NCBI GenBank assembly: GCA_046758365.1
Contig: JBHIAC010000044.1
Location: forward strand, 1 to 21,185
DNA: 21,185 bases
Reading direction: 5' to 3'
DNA from: a bacterium
GTDB taxonomy: Bacteria > Zhuqueibacterota > Zhuqueibacteria > Oceanimicrobiales > Oceanimicrobiaceae
Shown here: positions 1-7,067 of the stretch, piece after piece
How positions within the stretch are numbered: position 1 is the first letter of the stretch
How the letters are laid out: every line of letters starts with the position of its first letter
Notes under the pieces: model-generated
Databases searched by the model: none
What the model saw: only the letters and a program-made list of their open reading frames with translations
What the model was told of the DNA's origin: nothing
Translations under genes and position numbers: made by a program

Positions 1-2
1 AT

Positions 3-2219
3 ATTCGGGCTTTTGGTAAAGGGTTCGACCGTTATTACGAAAGAGCAAAGACTGAATATGGGGTGAATTATATCCCCTGCCGTTCTCCTCAGGTAGAAAG
101 AGCAAATGGCAGTGATGATCTTTTGATCAAGTTTGTTACGGATAATGGAAAATTTGGGAAAGAAATATACGACTTAGTTGTCCTATCTACAGGTCTAGTC
201 CCCCCACCCCAGATAAAAAAATTGAAGGAAATATTGGGTCTGAGATTAAACAAATATAATTTTATAGAAACTTACGAATTTTTTAAAGAAAATACCATCC
301 AAGAAAGTGATGGTATCGCCCGCCAGGGAATTTATGTTTGCGGAGCGATTGCCGAACCAAAAGATATACCTGAAACAATTATCCAGGGCTCAGCAACTGC
401 CGGGAAAGTATCTGCCCTTTTATCTGAAGCGCGGGGAAGTTTAGTGGAAGAAAAAACCTATCCTGAACAGATAGACGTAAGCGAGAAGGAGCCACGAATT
501 GGTGTATTTGTCTGCCATTGTGGAATCAATATTGGTGGTGTAGTGGATGTGAAAGAAGTGGTGAAGTTTACCAAAGCCTTACCTAATGTTGCCTATTGCG
601 AAGACAATCTCTATACCTGTTCACAAGATACACAAGGGATAATTAAGGAACGGATTAAAGAACATCAGTTGAATAGAATTGTTATTGCCGCCTGTACTCC
701 CCGCACTCACGAACCTTTATTTCAAGATACCATTAGAGAAGCGGGTCTTAATCCATACCTGTTAGAATTTGTCAGTACCAGGGAACACTGTTCCTGGGTG
801 CATATGTATGAGAAACAGGAAGCGACAAGAAAAGCTAAAGAATTGGTTGCTATGGCAGTAGCCAAAGCTTGCTTGTTAAAACCATTAACTCGGTCAGCAT
901 TTCCTGTAAATAAAAAAGGATTAGTGATTGGAGGGGGGATTGCTGGCATGACAGCCAGTTTGTCTTTAGCCGAACAGGGTTTTGAAGTTTATTTAGTGGA
1001 AAAGGAGAAAGAACTTGGTGGTAATCTCCGTCATCTTTATTTTTCTCTGAACGGAGCCAATCCTCAGGCATTGCTCAAAGAGATGATTGAAAAGGTGGAA
1101 AGCAATAAAAATATTCATATATATAAGAATGCAAAAATTATTGAATTTGGTGGTTATGTAGGTAATTATAAAACAACCATAGAAACCGAATCCATAATCA
1201 CAAATACGAACAACGAACAACGAACAGCGAACTACGAACTTGAACATGGTATTGTGATTGTAGCTACCGGAGCAGAAGAAAGAAAAACTTCAGAATATTT
1301 TTATGGTCAAGATGAACGAATCATCACCCAACGAGAATTAGAACAAAAAATTGTAAATGAGGAATTGCGAACTACGACCAACGAGCTGCGAAACATTGTG
1401 ATGATTCAATGTGTTGGTTCTCGTGAAGGCGACGACCTTTATTGTAGTCGGGTTTGTTGTTCACAGGCGATTAAAAATGCTTTAAAAATTAAAGAGATTA
1501 ATCCAAATATAAATATTTTTGTTCTTTACCGGGATATTCGAACCTATGGATTTAAAGAAGAATATTATCAAAAAGCAAGAGAAGAAGGTGTAACTTTTAT
1601 TCGTTATGAGCTAGAGAGCAAACCAGAAGTAAAAATACAGCCACCAGACAACGCAAAACGCACAACACAAAACACACTACAAGTTACTGTGTTTGACCCA
1701 ATTTTGAATGAGAGAATTGAGATCAATCCTGACATTTTAGTGTTGAGCACAGGAATTGTACAGGGCAATGAAAATGGGGAATTAACTAAACTGCTAAAAG
1801 TTCCTCTCAACGAAGATAAATTCTTTTTGGAGGCACATATAAAACTTCGTCCTGTAGATTTTTCTACCGATGGGACCTTTCTTGCTGGGTTGGCTCATTC
1901 ACCTAAATTTGTTGATGAAACAATATCTCAAGCCTGGGCAGCTGCGGGAAGAGCTGCTACACTTCTTTCTAAGGATAAAATTCAGGCTACAGGAAGAACA
2001 GTGCGTGTGATTGAGAGGTTATGTGCTGGATGTGGGATTTGTGTAGATGTATGTCCTTATGAAGCACGGGAAATAGATGAAGAAACGACTAAAGCCAAAG
2101 TGATAGAACTCTTATGCCAGGGTTGTGGTGTTTGTGTTGCCAGTTGCCCTAATGGTGCGAGTCAACAATATGGATTCGAGAAAAAGCAACTACTGCAAGC
2201 AGTAGATGCTTTACTGTAG
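3..2219 (+). CDS. hdrA: Heterodisulfide reductase subunit A-like flavoprotein (large, duplicated type), 5'-truncated by the window edge
   Basis: The frame is open from base 3 (IRAFGKGFDRYYERAK), so the GTG at 63 is not the real start. HdrA motifs: PKDIPET, RIGVFVCHCGINI, ACTPRTHEPLF, REHCSW, FAD-binding VIGGGIAG, IQCVGSR...YCSRVCC, FLEAHIKLRPVDF, and C-terminal 2x[4Fe-4S] (CAGCGICVDVCP, CQGCGVCVASCP). Confidence 0.95.
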   Translation: MRAFGKGFDRYYERAKTEYGVNYIPCRSPQVERANGSDDLLIKFVTDNGKFGKEIYDLVVLSTGLVPPPQIKKLKEILGLRLNKYNFIETYEFFKENTIQESDGIARQGIYVCGAIAEPKDIPETIIQGSATAGKVSALLSEARGSLVEEKTYPEQIDVSEKEPRIGVFVCHCGINIGGVVDVKEVVKFTKALPNVAYCEDNLYTCSQDTQGIIKERIKEHQLNRIVIAACTPRTHEPLFQDTIREAGLNPYLLEFVSTREHCSWVHMYEKQEATRKAKELVAMAVAKACLLKPLTRSAFPVNKKGLVIGGGIAGMTASLSLAEQGFEVYLVEKEKELGGNLRHLYFSLNGANPQALLKEMIEKVESNKNIHIYKNAKIIEFGGYVGNYKTTIETESIITNTNNEQRTANYELEHGIVIVATGAEERKTSEYFYGQDERIITQRELEQKIVNEELRTTTNELRNIVMIQCVGSREGDDLYCSRVCCSQAIKNALKIKEINPNINIFVLYRDIRTYGFKEEYYQKAREEGVTFIRYELESKPEVKIQPPDNAKRTTQNTLQVTVFDPILNERIEINPDILVLSTGIVQGNENGELTKLLKVPLNEDKFFLEAHIKLRPVDFSTDGTFLAGLAHSPKFVDETISQAWAAAGRAATLLSKDKIQATGRTVRVIERLCAGCGICVDVCPYEAREIDEETTKAKVIELLCQGCGVCVASCPNGASQQYGFEKKQLLQAVDALL
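292..316. repeat. Perfect 8-bp inverted repeat inside hdrA
   Basis: ATACCATC (292-299), 9-nt spacer, GATGGTAT (309-316). It coincides with 7 extra residues relative to the second HdrA. Confidence 0.6.
1206..1240 (+). repeat. In-frame 7-bp tandem array (RCGAACW x5), hdrA-1 site 1
   Basis: ACGAACA ACGAACA ACGAACA GCGAACT ACGAACT; encodes TNNEQRTANYEL. Confidence 0.95.
1367..1394 (+). repeat. In-frame degenerate 7-bp tandem array, hdrA-1 site 2
   Basis: GCGAACT ACGACCA ACGAGCT GCGAAAC; encodes LRTTTNELRN. Same unit family as 1206-1240. Confidence 0.8.
1648..1682 (+). repeat. In-frame 7-bp tandem array (AMAACRC), hdrA-1 site 3
   Basis: ACAACGC AAAACGC ACAACAC AAAACAC ACTACAA; encodes DNAKRTTQNTLQ. 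Confidence 0.9.
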
Positions 2220-2252
2220 TGATAGTGGGAAAAATCTAAAACCTTAATTCAC

Positions 2253-2259
2253 AGGAGGT
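2253..2259 (+). promoter_or_regulatory. Shine-Dalgarno site for the DsrE-family gene
   Basis: AGGAGGT 5 nt upstream of ATG 2265. Confidence 0.8.
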
Positions 2260-2264
2260 AAAAA

Positions 2265-2618
2265 ATGGAGAAAATAACCATAATAATTAACGAAGGAAAT
2301 TCAAGCATGAAAACATGGAATGCCTTAAGAATAGCCGGGGGTATGTTGGGAGTAGACATAGAGGTGGAAATATTTTTACTTGATGATGGAGTGCTAATAG
2401 GGAAAAAAGGACAACAGCAAGTGGAAGGATTAAAAGAATTAAACTTGGCCGCTAAAATTAAAGACTTGATCACTATGGATGTCAAAGTAAATGCTTGTGG
2501 AACATGTCTTAATGCTAAAGGTATAACGCAAGAAGATTTAGTAGAAGGTATTAAGATTTCGACTATGATGGACTTAGCTAAATCAATTAAAGATAGTAAG
2601 CGGGTTATTAGTTTTTAG
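2265..2618 (+). CDS. DsrE/DsrF-like family protein (YchN-like, putative sulfur relay/redox protein)
   Basis: 117 aa with the DsrE-family pattern WNALRIA...VEIFLLDDGV...ACGTCLNAKGI...LVEG...STM.DLA...VISF; strong RBS. Confidence 0.85.
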   Translation: MEKITIIINEGNSSMKTWNALRIAGGMLGVDIEVEIFLLDDGVLIGKKGQQQVEGLKELNLAAKIKDLITMDVKVNACGTCLNAKGITQEDLVEGIKISTMMDLAKSIKDSKRVISF

Positions 2619-2632
2619 AAAGGATAATTTTT

Positions 2633-2878
2633 ATGACAGAAGAAATTAAAATTGACAAGACTATCAATCTAAAAGGAGAAGTATGTCCTTTCCCGTGGGT
2701 AAAAGCAAAAAAGACTTTGGCAAAAATGGAAAGTGGCCAAATTCTTAGAGTGATTGTGGATCATGCTCCTGCTGCCAAGAATATTCCTCATAACTTTAAG
2801 GATGAAGGTCAGAGAATATTAGGTGTTGATAAATTAAATGAGCTCGACTGGCAGATAATAATAAAAAGAGAAAAATAA
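2633..2878 (+). CDS. tusA: TusA/SirA-family sulfur carrier protein
   Basis: 81 aa; NLKGEVCPFP (CPxP persulfide Cys motif), MESGQILRVIVDH, C-terminal WQIIIKR strand. Confidence 0.9.
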   Translation: MTEEIKIDKTINLKGEVCPFPWVKAKKTLAKMESGQILRVIVDHAPAAKNIPHNFKDEGQRILGVDKLNELDWQIIIKREK

Positions 2879-2896
2879 TTTAAAGGACAAAATAAA

Positions 2897-3313
2897 ATGT
2901 CTAAAGGTATTGACGACGCTATGAAGCCTTTAATCGAGGCTATGAACAAAATCCCATACATAGAAACTTTTAGCTGTTGTGAAGGTCATCCCGAGGAATC
3001 GGCTGTTAGACAATACGGTTATTCAGTTGCAAACGTTATTTTTGAAATAAAAGACGAACCTCAAAATCTTATAGCATGGCTATCATTTGCTCAAGAAATT
3101 CTGAGACAAAGGAAAAGGGCAACTGTAAATAAAGAGTTTGCTTTCATTATTGAGAAGAAATATAACTTAAATGAAGATAACAACATTGGTTGGGAATGGG
3201 AAATCAAAATTCAGGCCACTGGTAAGAGCTCGGAAGAATGCCGATTAGGGCTTGACGAGGGAATAGCCTTTCTATCTCGTATCTTTGAAAAGGAGACAGA
3301 AAAATGGCGATGA
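2897..3313 (+). CDS. Hypothetical protein with ID...LIEAMN...T.SCCEGH motif
   Basis: 138-aa ORF in operon orientation, overlapping the ferredoxin start. Function not recognised. Confidence 0.75.
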   Translation: MSKGIDDAMKPLIEAMNKIPYIETFSCCEGHPEESAVRQYGYSVANVIFEIKDEPQNLIAWLSFAQEILRQRKRATVNKEFAFIIEKKYNLNEDNNIGWEWEIKIQATGKSSEECRLGLDEGIAFLSRIFEKETEKWR

Positions 3314-3495
3314 AGATTACTGAAGAATGTAGTTCCTGTGGGGCTTGTGTTGATGAGTGTGAGAACGAAGCTATTTCAGAAGGTGACCCTATTTATGTGA
3401 TTGACCCAGAGAAGTGTACTGAATGTAAGGGCATTGCTGATTCACCCAAATGTCTAGCAGCCTGCCCGCTGGAATGTATAGTCAAAGCTGAATAA
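3304..3495 (+). CDS. 2[4Fe-4S] ferredoxin (YfhL-like)
   Basis: 63 aa; CSSCGACVDEC and CTEC-x8-CLAACP; AAGGAG upstream. Confidence 0.93.
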   Translation: MAMKITEECSSCGACVDECENEAISEGDPIYVIDPEKCTECKGIADSPKCLAACPLECIVKAE

Positions 3496-3516
3496 AAAAG
3501 AATAGAGGAGCTTATT

Positions 3517-3927
3517 ATGGCAGAATTTGAACCCAAAATTATTGCTTTTTTATGTAACTGGTGTTCCTATGCTGGTGCAGATTTAGCAGGAACTTCACGG
3601 ATTCAGTATCCCACTAATGTACGAGTGATACGCTTGATGTGTAGTGGTGCTCTTGACTCTTTATATGTATTCAGATCTTTATTAGAAGGAGCTGATGGTG
3701 TACTGATTGGTGGTTGTCATCCAGGAGATTGTCACTACACCAACGGTAATTATAAGGTACGTCGTAGAGTAGCGGTACTGAAGAAAATCTTATCTGAATT
3801 AGGCCTGGAGGAAGATCGTGTTTGGCTTCGCTGGATTAGTGCCAGTGAAGGACAACGATTTGCTGAGACAATAAAAGAGATGGTGGAGAAGATAAAAAGT
3901 AAAGGACCAAATCCAGTTAGAAGTTAG
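3517..3927 (+). CDS. mvhD: MvhD/FlxD-family [2Fe-2S] subunit (copy 1)
   Basis: FEPKIIAFLCNWCSYAGADLAG, RLMCSG, GADGVLIGGCHPGDCHY, WISASEG. Confidence 0.95.
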   Translation: MAEFEPKIIAFLCNWCSYAGADLAGTSRIQYPTNVRVIRLMCSGALDSLYVFRSLLEGADGVLIGGCHPGDCHYTNGNYKVRRRVAVLKKILSELGLEEDRVWLRWISASEGQRFAETIKEMVEKIKSKGPNPVRS

Positions 3928-3972
3928 GTTATGGGTGATAGGTGGTAGCAGATAAGAAAAAATACCTAACAC
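3916..3972. repeat. Degenerate 7-bp array with a short inverted arm, spanning the mvhD stop and the intergenic region
   Basis: GTTAGAA GTTAGGT TATGGGT GATAGGT GGTAGCA (3916-3950). ACCTAAC (3964-3970) is the exact reverse complement of GTTAGGT (3923-3929). Confidence 0.65.
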
Positions 3973-3979
3973 TTAAAAG

Positions 3980-3986
3980 AGGAGGT
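3980..3986 (+). promoter_or_regulatory. Shine-Dalgarno site supporting GTG 3993 as the start
   Basis: AGGAGGT 6 nt upstream of the in-frame GTG at 3993. Confidence 0.75.
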
Positions 3987-3992
3987 TACTCT

Positions 3993-5123
3993 GTGGCTGA
4001 GATAGAAATAAAAAATAGCAAGTTTTATAATGTTTTTACTGAAGTTTTCAAAAAACTCCTTAGTAACAATATTGTAGAAGCAGTACTGGTTCCTCAAGAA
4101 ATGAGTGGAAATGTTGTTCAGACATTAGTTTCTGAATCAGACAGTTTAAAGAAAATCAATTCTTTGGCTCCGGTTCTTCCCGTAAATTCAGCACGAATTG
4201 TCTCTAAACTGACAATAAAAGATTTTTATCCCGTTAAAAATAATATTTCTAACGAACGCGGTGAGAAAATTGCTGTAATGCTGCGACCGTGTGAAATAAG
4301 AGCTCTAATTGAATTGGTTAAATTGAAACAAGCGAAAATAGATAATGTGCTTGTTATAGGAATTGATTGTTTTGGAACTTATTCAGTAAATGATTATGTT
4401 GCTAAGAATAAAGAACTTAATGGTGATGGGGCGGTTACTGCCGATTTTATCAAAAAAGTTCAGACAAATCAGGAAATAAAGGAATTAAGAACAGCTTGCC
4501 AATTATGTCGGCATTTTGTTCCTGAGAATTCAGACATAGCGGTTAATTTAATAGGTACTGATTGGAATCAAAAAATAGTAATCCAGGCAAGAAATGAAAA
4601 AGGAAAGAAAGTACTGGAGGAACTTAAATTAGAAGATGCCCCTGAAAATAAAGAACGCAAACTCGCTGTAGAACAGGAAAAAGAAAAAAGGAAAAAACAG
4701 AAAGGGAAAATAGAAAAAGAAGATATAGATTTTTTACAAGTAATTTCTTCGCTTTGCATCAATTGTCAGAACTGTCGCAGTGTCTGTCCTATATGTTATT
4801 GTAAAGAATGTGTATTTGAAGGGGAAATTTTTGAATATAGTAAACAGAAATATTTAACCTGGGCTAAGAGAAAAGGATTGCTAAAAATGCCTACGGATAT
4901 GCTCTTGTTCCATCTGACCAGAATGAGTCATGTGCTTACATCCTGTGTTGCCTGTGGACAGTGTGAAGCTGCCTGTCCGAACAAAATACCTTTGGGCAGG
5001 ATATATCACCATCTTAGTAATGAAGTCCAGAAAATGCTTGATTATGAAGCAGGAAGGAAATTAGATGAAGAACTACCACTTTCTGCATTTAAGGAAGATG
5101 AATTACAAACAATTGAATCATAA
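3993..5123 (+). CDS. FdhB-like / FrhB-domain Fe-S protein (formate dehydrogenase beta subunit-like)
   Basis: LRPCEIRALIELVKLKQ, IGIDCFGT, LRTACQLC, CINCQNCRSVCPICYCKEC, FHLTRMSH, CVACGQCEAACP. Start moved from 3942 to GTG 3993 on RBS evidence. Confidence 0.85.
   Translation: MAEIEIKNSKFYNVFTEVFKKLLSNNIVEAVLVPQEMSGNVVQTLVSESDSLKKINSLAPVLPVNSARIVSKLTIKDFYPVKNNISNERGEKIAVMLRPCEIRALIELVKLKQAKIDNVLVIGIDCFGTYSVNDYVAKNKELNGDGAVTADFIKKVQTNQEIKELRTACQLCRHFVPENSDIAVNLIGTDWNQKIVIQARNEKGKKVLEELKLEDAPENKERKLAVEQEKEKRKKQKGKIEKEDIDFLQVISSLCINCQNCRSVCPICYCKECVFEGEIFEYSKQKYLTWAKRKGLLKMPTDMLLFHLTRMSHVLTSCVACGQCEAACPNKIPLGRIYHHLSNEVQKMLDYEAGRKLDEELPLSAFKEDELQTIES
4232..4254. repeat. Near-perfect palindrome inserted in frame in the FdhB-like gene
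   Basis: CGTTAAAAATA-A-TATTTCTAACG; 10 of 11 arm positions are complementary. Confidence 0.7.
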
Positions 5124-5139
5124 TTGAGGAGAACAAAAA

Positions 5140-5619
5140 ATGGTTGATAAAAATGATAGGTCTATTCTCGTTAGCAAATTAGATTTAGGTTTTCGAGAGG
5201 AAATCGCTTCTCAACCGGGAGGAGAAAATATAAAGAGATGTTTTGCCTGTGGGACCTGTGCCGCGAGTTGTCCGATTACTGATATTGATGAAAAATATAA
5301 CTGTCGCCGAATTATCAGGCAAATACTCTTTGGAATGCGTCAGGAGGTGCTTTCTTCACCAAGAATCTGGCTCTGTCTTGTCTGTTATCGTTGTTATGCT
5401 CGTTGTCCCCAGAAAGTTAACTTTACAGATATCATGCGAATTTTACGATATTTAGCAATTAAAGCTCATCATATTTCGGGGGAGATATTAACCCAAGTGA
5501 ATGACCTTGATCGATTCAGTCAAGAAGTTCGCCACGATTTTATTGACCATATTTTTAAGCCGGATAAGGAAATAGCAGAGAAAATAAAATCAAAAATCAA
5601 GGAAAAATTCAATGTCTAA
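5140..5619 (+). CDS. hdrC: Heterodisulfide reductase subunit C-like 2x[4Fe-4S] protein
   Basis: GGENIKRCFACGTCAASCP, RRIIRQILFGMRQEVLSS, IWLCLVCYRCYARCPQ. Confidence 0.9.
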   Translation: MVDKNDRSILVSKLDLGFREEIASQPGGENIKRCFACGTCAASCPITDIDEKYNCRRIIRQILFGMRQEVLSSPRIWLCLVCYRCYARCPQKVNFTDIMRILRYLAIKAHHISGEILTQVNDLDRFSQEVRHDFIDHIFKPDKEIAEKIKSKIKEKFNV

Positions 5620-6730
5620 TGAAGAGATAAAAAGTTTTAGAGACTTGATTACTGAAGTTCAAGAAAAAGGTATCTGTGGTAAGTGCGGTGGTTGTGTCTC
5701 GTTTTGTTCAGCAGGAGAACTGAATGCTTTGGAAATAACAGAAGATGGCAGTCCCAAGTTTATTGATGAAGATAAATGTCTAAAATGTGGTATCTGTTAT
5801 CTTATCTGCCCGCAGATTAAAGTGTTGAATAGGGAATTGAAAGAAAAATACGGCTGGGAAGCCCCGATTGGTCCTTATCGAAAACTTACTTCAGCGAGGA
5901 CGACAAATAAAAAGGTCAGGAATGTTTGTACAGATGGTGGAGTTGTAACTTCGCTTTTAATTTGCGCTTTGAAGAAACATCTTATCCAAGGGGCAATCGT
6001 CTCCAAAAAAATAGGCCCTTTTGCCCGTCAGCCAGTATTGGTTACTCAAGCTGATGAATTGATCGCGGCGGCTGGCTCACATTTTGATAAAACCTTACAT
6101 CTGGAAGAAATTGGGGAAAGATATACTACCTATTCACGAGTTATTACGGAAATAAGAAGTTTAGGAAAAGAAAAGTTAGAAAGTATTGCCATGGTGGGAA
6201 CACCGTGTCAGATTTATACTGCAAGAAAGATGCAACTTTTGAATGTTATCCCGGCAGATATAGTCACTGTGACTATTGGACTTTTCTGTATGGAAAATTT
6301 TTCTTTTGATGAGGAGGCTCGGAAAAAATTAGAAAAAAATTTAAAGATAAAATTAAAAAATGTAAAAAAACTAAATATCAAAGACGATGTAATTGTTACC
6401 TTAGAGAAAGGGAAAATTGTACACCTGCCTTTTGAGGCAGTTGATAAGATTGCCCGTCCTGCCTGTTTTGCTTGTCCGGATTTTGCTAGTGATTATGCGG
6501 ATATCTCAGTCGGGGGACTTGGTTCGCCAGATGGATACACTACTACGATTATCCGCAATAGGAGAGGTGAAAAAATTTATAACGGTGCGAAGCAAGAAAA
6601 GTTTATTGACGAACTTTCGTTCAAAAGTGGAGAGGATTTAAGAATTCATAAAACAGAGATGATGGCTAAAATCGTCTCTTTTGCAAAACGGAAGAAAGAA
6701 AGAGCCAAAAGGCGGTTAACTGGTGAGTAG
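5612..6730 (+). CDS. Coenzyme F420 hydrogenase/dehydrogenase beta subunit (FrhB/FpoF family) with N-terminal ferredoxin
   Basis: CGKCGGCVSFC, CLKCGICYLICP, DGGVVTSLL, VGTPCQI, IGLFCMENF, ACFACPDF, ADISVGGLGSPDGYTT. Confidence 0.9.
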   Translation: MSNEEIKSFRDLITEVQEKGICGKCGGCVSFCSAGELNALEITEDGSPKFIDEDKCLKCGICYLICPQIKVLNRELKEKYGWEAPIGPYRKLTSARTTNKKVRNVCTDGGVVTSLLICALKKHLIQGAIVSKKIGPFARQPVLVTQADELIAAAGSHFDKTLHLEEIGERYTTYSRVITEIRSLGKEKLESIAMVGTPCQIYTARKMQLLNVIPADIVTVTIGLFCMENFSFDEEARKKLEKNLKIKLKNVKKLNIKDDVIVTLEKGKIVHLPFEAVDKIARPACFACPDFASDYADISVGGLGSPDGYTTTIIRNRRGEKIYNGAKQEKFIDELSFKSGEDLRIHKTEMMAKIVSFAKRKKERAKRRLTGE

Positions 6731-6741
6731 TGAGTGGTTAA
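6721..6741 (+). repeat. Short 7-bp array overlapping the FrhB-like stop codon
   Basis: TGGTGAG TAGTGAG TGGTTAA; the TAG stop (6728-6730) begins unit 2. Confidence 0.55.
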
Positions 6742-6756
6742 GTGAGGTAGATTCAA

Positions 6757-7035
6757 ATGCTGATCTTGAAACATGTCGAATATAAAATTAGGAATTCAAG
6801 GGAATTAAAAAAATTGTTGAGTCAGTTGAGAGAAACTATTTCCAAAGTTAATGGTGTAGAATTCAAAGATATTTATTTTCCAAAAGGTATGGATGAATTC
6901 ATCTTGGTAATGGACTGTGTTAGTGAGGATAAATATTTAGAGTGGCGAGATATATGCCCTCGTCCACCTGGCGCCAAAGACTGGTATGAAATTCTACTGA
7001 CAAAGGATGAACAATTTCATAATAAAGATAAATAG
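6757..7035 (+). CDS. Small hypothetical protein
   Basis: 92-aa ORF with GAGGT upstream that fills the gap between FrhB-like and hdrA-2; contains YLEWRDICPRPPGAKDWYE. Confidence 0.75.
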   Translation: MLILKHVEYKIRNSRELKKLLSQLRETISKVNGVEFKDIYFPKGMDEFILVMDCVSEDKYLEWRDICPRPPGAKDWYEILLTKDEQFHNKDK

Positions 7036-7067
7036 TTATATCTCTTATCTCAAACAAAGGAAAAAAA

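Noticed and set aside
2217..2225. TAG-TGA-TAG at the hdrA-1 end as possible pyrrolysine or Sec readthrough
   Set aside because: The protein ends at the same position as HdrA-2 (QLLQAVDALL vs QILAALTTV), and stacked stops argue for firm termination.
2234..2248. Exact 15-nt match ATCTAAAACCTTAAT also found at 13294-13308
   Set aside because: It is an AT-rich word in an AT-rich 21-kb window with one intergenic and one coding copy, so chance is plausible.
3942..3992. ORF-track N-terminal extension of the FdhB-like gene (likewise 11660-11686 for hcp)
   Set aside because: Better Shine-Dalgarno sites precede GTG 3993 and ATG 11687, and the 3942 start lies inside a repeat array.
4670..4725. A/G-rich low-complexity run, with a similar A-rich run near 6320-6375
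   Set aside because: Explained by Lys/Glu-rich helices, with no consistent 7-bp period.
7039..7052. Intergenic TATCTCT TATCTCA two-unit heptamer
   Set aside because: Only two units, too short to distinguish from chance.
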